Shown here: positions 58,076-64,000 of the stretch, piece by piece
Numbering within the stretch: position 1 is the first letter of the stretch
How the letters are laid out: every line of letters starts with the position of its first letter
IMG/VR virus record: IMGVR_UViG_3300049740_000832
Reading direction: 5' to 3' (one strand)
Length of the DNA stretch: 64,000 bases
DNA from: a virus
Program-made: the position numbers and the translations under genes
The notes under the pieces: generated by a model
What the model saw: only the letters and a program-made list of their open reading frames with translations
Database searches by the model: none
What the model was told of the DNA's origin: nothing

Positions 58076-58805
58076 GGGTTTTGTAATTGTCGCGTCAAAG
58101 AATTCAAACTTCTATATCTATGCGACTAACCTAGCAGAATCAATCAAAGACTTTTATCCTGAATCGCAAATCACTCTGGTAACAGAAGAACGTTTTATTG
58201 ATGGACGGGCTGATGTTGCAGATAACATCATATATTGTGACAATCACTATCGTGCCAAACTCTGGGGTATGGCACAAACTCCATATGACATAACAATGTA
58301 TGTTGATGCAGATATGGATTGCGAACACGAAGACATCATGACCGTGTGGGATAATCTAAAAGACTATGATATGGTCTTTCACGAGTTGACAAAAGAAAGA
58401 GAGAAATTTTACGCAATACGAGAGTTTTCATATAATGGTAATATGGAGAAATATACCTTATGCGGTGGTGTCTGTTTGTATCGCAGTTCTAATCCTCTGG
58501 TTCGGGAGTTCATGGAAGACTGGTTTGAATTATTTAACAAACAATATAATGGTCTGTGGACTCCTAATGGATTTAATGATGAACAGTGGAGACAAGACCT
58601 TGCTAAATTTGACCAGACAACACTTTGGTGGTTGGTTAACAAGGTAGATAAATATAAGGACTTAAAGATTGGTTTCTTTCATGATGATATTCGATGGAAC
58701 TATTTTACCCAATATGGTTATGAAGGTCTAAAATCCATTGAAGGTAAACCACCAGTTTTACGTCACTACTCTGGTTCTTTGAAAAAGGATACACTCATAG
58801 TATGA
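58059..58805 (+). CDS. GT-A glycosyltransferase embedded in fibre module
   Basis: RAKL....TPYD.T.Y.DAD, GGV.LY, DQ..LW, RWN, HYS. Confidence 0.75.
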   Translation: MNTSSKGFVIVASKNSNFYIYATNLAESIKDFYPESQITLVTEERFIDGRADVADNIIYCDNHYRAKLWGMAQTPYDITMYVDADMDCEHEDIMTVWDNLKDYDMVFHELTKEREKFYAIREFSYNGNMEKYTLCGGVCLYRSSNPLVREFMEDWFELFNKQYNGLWTPNGFNDEQWRQDLAKFDQTTLWWLVNKVDKYKDLKIGFFHDDIRWNYFTQYGYEGLKSIEGKPPVLRHYSGSLKKDTLIV

Positions 58806-59470
58806 AAAATGTCCCCATAAAAAATCAAGAGATTCTTGAGGCCTTAAATAACTTTCTATGGTTTTATAATAATCGGGGAATTATTGAAAGAAATTATGTA
58901 TTACATGGAACTGAGAGACAAAGAAAGGAGTATGTGAGTTCTGAGTATCGTGACAAGGTTATCGCAATGAATGAAAACCATGATGGTTTCCCAGAAACAA
59001 TACACTCTTACGCTCTCAAGGCTGACCGTATCGTTCATGTCAACAATAACAGTGTTGAGGTGGCGGAGGCAATATCAAAATATAGTGATTATAATCAACA
59101 ACTAGCACATATGTTATGCACAAAAAATAATGCACTAACTCAAATGTATCCGCCTGGCGGATTTATTGCTTGGCATAATAATGCAAATGCATCTGCATAT
59201 AATATTATTTTCTCTTGGTCAGAGACGGGAGAAGGATGTTTTAGGTATGTTGATGGTCATACAGGTGACGAAGTTGTCATGCAAGATGTAAAAGGATGGC
59301 AGTGTAAAGCAGGATACTTTGGTGCATATGGTGAACCGTGGTATAATCGTGTATATCATGCAGCGGAAACTGACTGTTGGCGACTAACGGTATCATACAT
59401 GTTTGATAGAAGTCAAATGTCTATGGGACTGCAAGACGAAATTGTAGAAGAAATAATGTCTGAAATATAG
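58802..59470 (+). CDS. 2OG-Fe(II) oxygenase-like protein
   Basis: YPPGGFI.WH.N, G.F.Y, YHAA...C.R.T.S double-stranded beta-helix pattern. Confidence 0.65.
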   Translation: MKNVPIKNQEILEALNNFLWFYNNRGIIERNYVLHGTERQRKEYVSSEYRDKVIAMNENHDGFPETIHSYALKADRIVHVNNNSVEVAEAISKYSDYNQQLAHMLCTKNNALTQMYPPGGFIAWHNNANASAYNIIFSWSETGEGCFRYVDGHTGDEVVMQDVKGWQCKAGYFGAYGEPWYNRVYHAAETDCWRLTVSYMFDRSQMSMGLQDEIVEEIMSEI

Positions 59471-59491
59471 TTTCCTTAACGTCAAAATCCT

Positions 59492-59499
59492 TATAAATA
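59492..59499 (+). promoter_or_regulatory. T4-type late promoter
   Basis: TATAAATA before ORF 59530. Confidence 0.7.
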
Positions 59500-59529
59500 A
59501 AGACAAAGAAGAAGTAATGGGTTTTGAAA

Positions 59530-59898
59530 ATGGCATTAATTTCATATGAAGATATTGTAATAAATCAAGGCACCGATGTCGCTATTGAGATTCATCTCAT
59601 CAATGACAGTGGTTCTGCATATGATTTAACATCACGAACAGCTACAGCAAAAATGAAACGTAGATATGGTGACTCGGCAAATGACCCTGATACGGTTACA
59701 TTTAATGCCGTGGTTACCACACCGCCAGAAGATGGTATTGTTACATTATCTCTTACAAACGCCGAAACTGATGCTCTGAAAACAAGAGGTCGGTATGTTT
59801 ATGATGTAGAAGTATCTTACGCTGATAGTGATAACAATCAAATAATTCAAAGAGTTCTCGAAGGACAAATCGAAGTCTCACCTTCGGTCACAAAATAA
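59530..59898 (+). CDS. small virion structural/fibre adaptor protein
   Basis: I.QG.D, DLT, G...LSLT...T..L..GRYVYDVE, R..EG...V.P.VT. Confidence 0.7.
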   Translation: MALISYEDIVINQGTDVAIEIHLINDSGSAYDLTSRTATAKMKRRYGDSANDPDTVTFNAVVTTPPEDGIVTLSLTNAETDALKTRGRYVYDVEVSYADSDNNQIIQRVLEGQIEVSPSVTK

Positions 59899-59910
59899 TA
59901 AGAGGAAACC

Positions 59911-62900
59911 ATGACTGAAAAGATTATTGTCAAGAAGGTGGTAGTAGGAACTCCTGTAAAACGAGTGACTGCTGGTTCTTTCTCTCTCACCAACTTGGGT
60001 GGTGTGGATGTTACTGCCACCGAATCTGATGGTTCTATCCTTGCATATAACCCCACAACAGGGAACTATGAAATAACGAATCTTCGTAATGATGATAATG
60101 TCACTGTCACATTTGATAGTGCTGAAAATACATATTCCTTTGCTTTCACCAATACAACATTCACTGGTTCTCTGATACCAGATAGTAACGAGGTATATGA
60201 CCTCGGCAGTGAAAATAAAAAGTTTCGTAGTCTTTTCCTGTCAGGCAACACCATCACTCTAGGGTCAATTGACCTAAAAGATAGTAGTGGTGCATTGGTG
60301 GTCGTGGATAGTGACGGAAACTCTATCAGTCTCAACATCTCTCTAGGAACTTCTCACACAGACGGTAATACGGATATTCTGACGTTTGATAGTGGGTCAG
60401 GTCAGTTTACATTTAGAGATTCAGATGTTGCAAGAACTGATGTTGCAGAAATATTTCATCAAGGCATTACAGTAGACAATGGCGCAACGATTGACTCCGC
60501 AACAATCACCAATCTCGCAAATACACAACTGACGGGTTCTCAAGCGACCTTTGATAGTGCAGATATTGGAAACCTGAAGATTACGGGTAACCTCAATGTA
60601 ACGGGGACAACCACTACTCTGAATACAGAGACAATCGCACTCGCAGATAACACTATTGTTTTGAACTCAAATGCAACGGGTTCTGCAACCGAAGATGCTG
60701 GTATCGAGATTGAACGTGGTGATGATGCAAACAAAACATTCCTCTGGGATGAGACCAACGATTATTGGTCAATCGGGTCAGAGACTTTCAACACCACAGG
60801 TAAGATTCTCTTTGCAAACGTATACAGCACAGAGGGTGACCTTCCAAGTGCATCGACATATCATGGTATGTTTGCACACGTTCATGCAACGGGTCGTGGA
60901 TACTTTGCACACGGCGGTGCATGGCACAGACTGGTTGACTCCGATACGACAGGTGAACAACAAGTATATTCATTGTATTCCAACAATGCGAGAGTCACCA
61001 ACGCACAAATTGATTCTGCAACCATTACTAATCTAGCAAGCACTCAATTGACAGGTTCACAGGCAACCTTCGACAGTGCGAATATCACATCTCTAGGTGG
61101 TATTACTGGATTTGATGCAACATCAACTTCTACCTTGCGTGGATTGTTCTCCTCTGCGGGTGACCTAACATACAATAGTGGAACAGGTCAATTCTCCTTT
61201 GATGTAGAACAGGTTTATACTAAATCTAATTTTGACAGTGACTTGGGTGCAGCCCTTGATGGTGGCACGGGTATCACTTACGATAGTTCGACAGATACAA
61301 TTTCTATAACGAACACGGGTGTTACTGCGGGAACTTATGGTTCGGCGTCTTTGATTCCTGTCTTTACTGTGAATGCACAGGGTCAACTTGATAGTGCGGG
61401 AACAGTTTCAGTTGCGGGTGTGACATCATTTGCATTCGATTCCTCAAATGGTAACATCTCTATCGGAACTGCTGATGGTGCAACATTCCTCACAACGATT
61501 ACCCTTGACCCATACACAACGAGTAATCTTGTAGAGGGAACAAACCTTTACTATACAACCGCTCGTGCTGACTCTGATGCGAAGGCATCTCTCCTTGTCA
61601 ACGATACGGGTGGTGATGGTTCACTGTCTTACGATAGTGCGACTGGTGTATTCACCTACACAGGGCCATCGTCCAGTGAGGTTCGCGCACACTTTAGTGC
61701 TGGCGGAGATATGACGTATGACAGTTCAACGGGTCGTTTCTCGATTGATGTTGAACAAATCTACAGTCAAGCAAACTTTGATAGTGACTTCCTGACACGA
61801 TTACAGACACAGATTGACAGTGCAAGTTTTGACCAACTTACTGCGGAATTCATTCATACGGATTCTGCATCCTTCGATAGTGCAACGATTACGAACCTTG
61901 CGAACACCCAGTTTACTGGTTCACAGGCGACTATCGATAGTGCTGATATCACAACTATAAAATCGACTACCGCGACCATCACAAATGCGACAGTTGATAG
62001 TGCAACAATTACAAATCTTGCAAACACTCAATTAACTGGTTCACAGGCGACTATCGATAGTGCTGATATCACAACTATAAAATCAACCACTGCGACTATC
62101 ACAAACGCAACCGTAGATTCGGCCACAGTAACTAATTTAGCAAATACACAGTTCACTGGTTCTCAAGCAACTATTGACAGTGCAAATATTGGAACGTTAA
62201 AATTTACTACACTGACCAATACAACAAGTGACATTACTGAAGGAACGAATTTATATTATACAGATGCAAGAGCGAGAAATTCAATCGGTCTCTCCGATGT
62301 CGGAGGAGACGGTTCACTCGCATATGATTCTTCAACAGGTAGATTTACATATACTGGCCCAAGTGCTGCAGAAGTTCGAGCGCATCTGACCGCAAACAAA
62401 GGTTTATCGGTAACGAGTGGTGAGTTCAATATCGACTCTGCAAATGTCAAAGGTATGTTACAGGCGGGAACAGGTGTCACATACGATAGTTCCAATGGTC
62501 TTATCAGTATCGGACAAAATGTTTCAACAACAAGCGATGTGACCTTTGGTAAGATACATGGTGATTCCGCAGAATTGCATGTTATAGATTTTGATACAAC
62601 TATCTCTGGTCATGCACCGTATAAAGAAGGTAGATTATTCTACGATAATACGCATAAAACCCTCAACTACTATGATGATATCACAAATGTTGTTCATGAG
62701 ATTGGTCTGGAAGAACACCAACGTGTATTCAATAATACAGGCGCCACTATCAAGAAGGGTTCAGCACTCTACTTCTCTGGTAACTATACATCAGGAGCAA
62801 TCGATGTTCCAACTGTAGGTCTTGCAGATGCGACAGATGTAAACGCATATAACGCACAAGGTCTTGCAGCTGGAGATATTGCAAACCTCTCCTATGGTCA

Positions 62901-64000
62901 TTGTATTATCGCTGGTCAGTTGACCGAAGTAAATACCGCACATTTGAGTGATGGACAAAACTTCTTTGTATCAGTGACACAACCTGGCTCACATCAAAAC
63001 CAATCTCCGACATATCCAAACTTCCCAATGTGTCTGGGTTGGGTTGTTCTTTCGGGTGACTCTAGCAACGGTATCCTGTTGGTTAATCAACAAAACCACT
63101 CTGTGAACTCATTCCGTGTTCGCACATCTGCACATATCGGTTCGGACTTACAAGTCGATGGTAACCTGACCATTCTGGGTAGTCAGACTACTGTGGGTCA
63201 ATCAAATGTGACACAAGGTGCGCCTTTCTATCGTCTCAATGAAGGTGACGCGATTGGTGAAGCAGGAACGACATATACTGGAACGGGTCTTGACGATGCC
63301 TTCTTCTCTGGTCACTTTACAGGAACAACAGCACAGACCTACTATGTCCGTATTGACGGTGCGGGAACTGGTGCGGGTGGTGTAGATACCTTTGAGGTTG
63401 CATTGGGTAATGATAGTGTATTTGCCTCACCTATCCTTACAAAAGTTGCAATCACAGGTAATAAACAAGAAATTCATTCTACCGATAATATTTCGGTTGA
63501 GTTCGGTGCAACCACGGGTCACGACTCAGGTGACCTATGGCAAGGTGTTGCATCTCCTGTAAATGTTGATACTGGTTTCTTCACAAACAGAAACACAGGC
63601 ACATCAGGTGTCGGTTATACCCACATGGGTCTCTATTTTGATATCTCTGACGAGAAGTGGAAACTCCTTGATGAGTATGACTCAACACCAACAGGAACTA
63701 TTAATGCTGCGGATTCATCATTCAGTCTTGCAACATTGGTTGCAGAAACCTTTGAAGGTAATCTGACTGGTGCGGTGACAGGTAATGCCTCGACTGCAAC
63801 GGCACTCGCAAGTGGTCGTAACTTCTCCATATCTGGTGATGTGACTGCAAGTGCCGTATCGTTTGATGGAACGGGTGCGGTAACATTAAGTGCCGCAATC
63901 ACTGCTGATACGATTATCAATGCAGACATCAAATCAGATGCCGCAATTGCAGATACTAAACTTGCAACAATATCAACATCTGGTAAAGTAAGTAACTCTG
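59911..64000 (+). CDS. giant tail fibre protein (>1363 aa, 3'-truncated by window)
   Basis: Manual translation open from ATG 59911 (GAGGA RBS) to window end; [37 protein letters not shown] fibre motifs; missing from ORF track. Confidence 0.88.
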   Translation, partial: MTEKIIVKKVVVGTPVKRVTAGSFSLTNLGGVDVTATESDGSILAYNPTTGNYEITNLRNDDNVTVTFDSAENTYSFAFTNTTFTGSLIPDSNEVYDLGSENKKFRSLFLSGNTITLGSIDLKDSSGALVVVDSDGNSISLNISLGTSHTDGNTDILTFDSGSGQFTFRDSDVARTDVAEIFHQGITVDNGATIDSATITNLANTQLTGSQATFDSADIGNLKITGNLNVTGTTTTLNTETIALADNTIVLNSNATGSATEDAGIEIERGDDANKTFLWDETNDYWSIGSETFNTTGKILFANVYSTEGDLPSASTYHGMFAHVHATGRGYFAHGGAWHRLVDSDTTGEQQVYSLYSNNARVTNAQIDSATITNLASTQLTGSQATFDSANITSLGGITGFDATSTSTLRGLFSSAGDLTYNSGTGQFSFDVEQVYTKSNFDSDLGAALDGGTGITYDSSTDTISITNTGVTAGTYGSASLIPVFTVNAQGQLDSAGTVSVAGVTSFAFDSSNGNISIGTADGATFLTTITLDPYTTSNLVEGTNLYYTTARADSDAKASLLVNDTGGDGSLSYDSATGVFTYTGPSSSEVRAHFSAGGDMTYDSSTGRFSIDVEQIYSQANFDSDFLTRLQTQIDSASFDQLTAEFIHTDSASFDSATITNLANTQFTGSQATIDSADITTIKSTTATITNATVDSATITNLANTQLTGSQATIDSADITTIKSTTATITNATVDSATVTNLANTQFTGSQATIDSANIGTLKFTTLTNTTSDITEGTNLYYTDARARNSIGLSDVGGDGSLAYDSSTGRFTYTGPSAAEVRAHLTANKGLSVTSGEFNIDSANVKGMLQAGTGVTYDSSNGLISIGQNVSTTSDVTFGKIHGDSAELHVIDFDTTISGHAPYKEGRLFYDNTHKTLNYYDDITNVVHEIGLEEHQRVFNNTGATIKKGSALYFSGNYTSGAIDVPTVGLADATDVNAYNAQGLAAGDIANLSYGHCIIAGQLTEVNTAHLSDGQNFFVSVTQPGSHQNQSPTYPNFPMCLGWVVLSGDSSNGILLVNQQNHSVNSFRVRTSAHIGSDLQVDGNLTILGSQTTVGQSNVTQGAPFYRLNEGDAIGEAGTTYTGTGLDDAFFSGHFTGTTAQTYYVRIDGAGTGAGGVDTFEVALGNDSVFASPILTKVAITGNKQEIHSTDNISVEFGATTGHDSGDLWQGVASPVNVDTGFFTNRNTGTSGVGYTHMGLYFDISDEKWKLLDEYDSTPTGTINAADSSFSLATLVAETFEGNLTGAVTGNASTATALASGRNFSISGDVTASAVSFDGTGAVTLSAAITADTIINADIKSDAAIADTKLATISTSGKVSNS
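61876..62190 (+). repeat. in-frame tandem 120-nt (40-aa) repeat in tail fibre
   Basis: [12 protein letters not shown](F/L)[27 protein letters not shown], about 2.6 copies; related units near 60490 and 61010. Confidence 0.85.

Noticed and set aside
419-63932. Numerous 60-175 aa antisense or alternate-frame ORFs in the track
   Set aside because: They overlap well-supported genes, lack RBS and motifs, and look like shadows of codon bias.
1-64000. Introns, inteins or homing endonucleases
   Set aside because: No interrupted core genes and no HNH, GIY-YIG, LAGLIDADG or intein motifs recognised.

Overview
64 kb of an AT-rich, T4-like myovirus genome, probably from a marine phage. Evidence: gp2/4/5/6/8/25/26/32/33/48/53/54 homologs, TATAAATA late promoters and sigma70-type early promoters. 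The host cannot be determined. Layout: (1) 1-18.2 kb, the end of an M15 endolysin followed by an island of about 20 glycan-building and decorating enzymes (GT8/GT25-like glycosyltransferases, sulfotransferases, methyltransferases, carbamoyltransferase, radical SAM, HAD-nucleotidyltransferase, ferritin-like/GATase/cupin block); (2) tRNA-Arg(TCT) and a minus-strand late operon ending in a P-loop kinase; (3) small early genes behind repeated promoter cassettes, then a DenV-like glycosylase, gp33 and gp32; (4) the tail/baseplate module, 26.4-64 kb, ending in a truncated giant fibre gene missing from the ORF track. Main observations: two paralogous fibre-like proteins whose tetrapeptide repeats follow a self-complementary pairing code, predicting one long hairpin and one Y-branched three-way junction; strong enrichment of D-S-[A/S/D/G] in outer virion proteins beside an embedded glycosyltransferase and oxygenase, a candidate virion-glycosylation sequon; a -1 frameshift joining gp26 and gp51 upstream of the tape measure gene; a TOPRIM plus deaminase cassette inserted between duplicated late promoters; and apparent avoidance of GATC, GTAC and GGWCC. 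All family calls are from motif recognition by eye, and all counts are manual.
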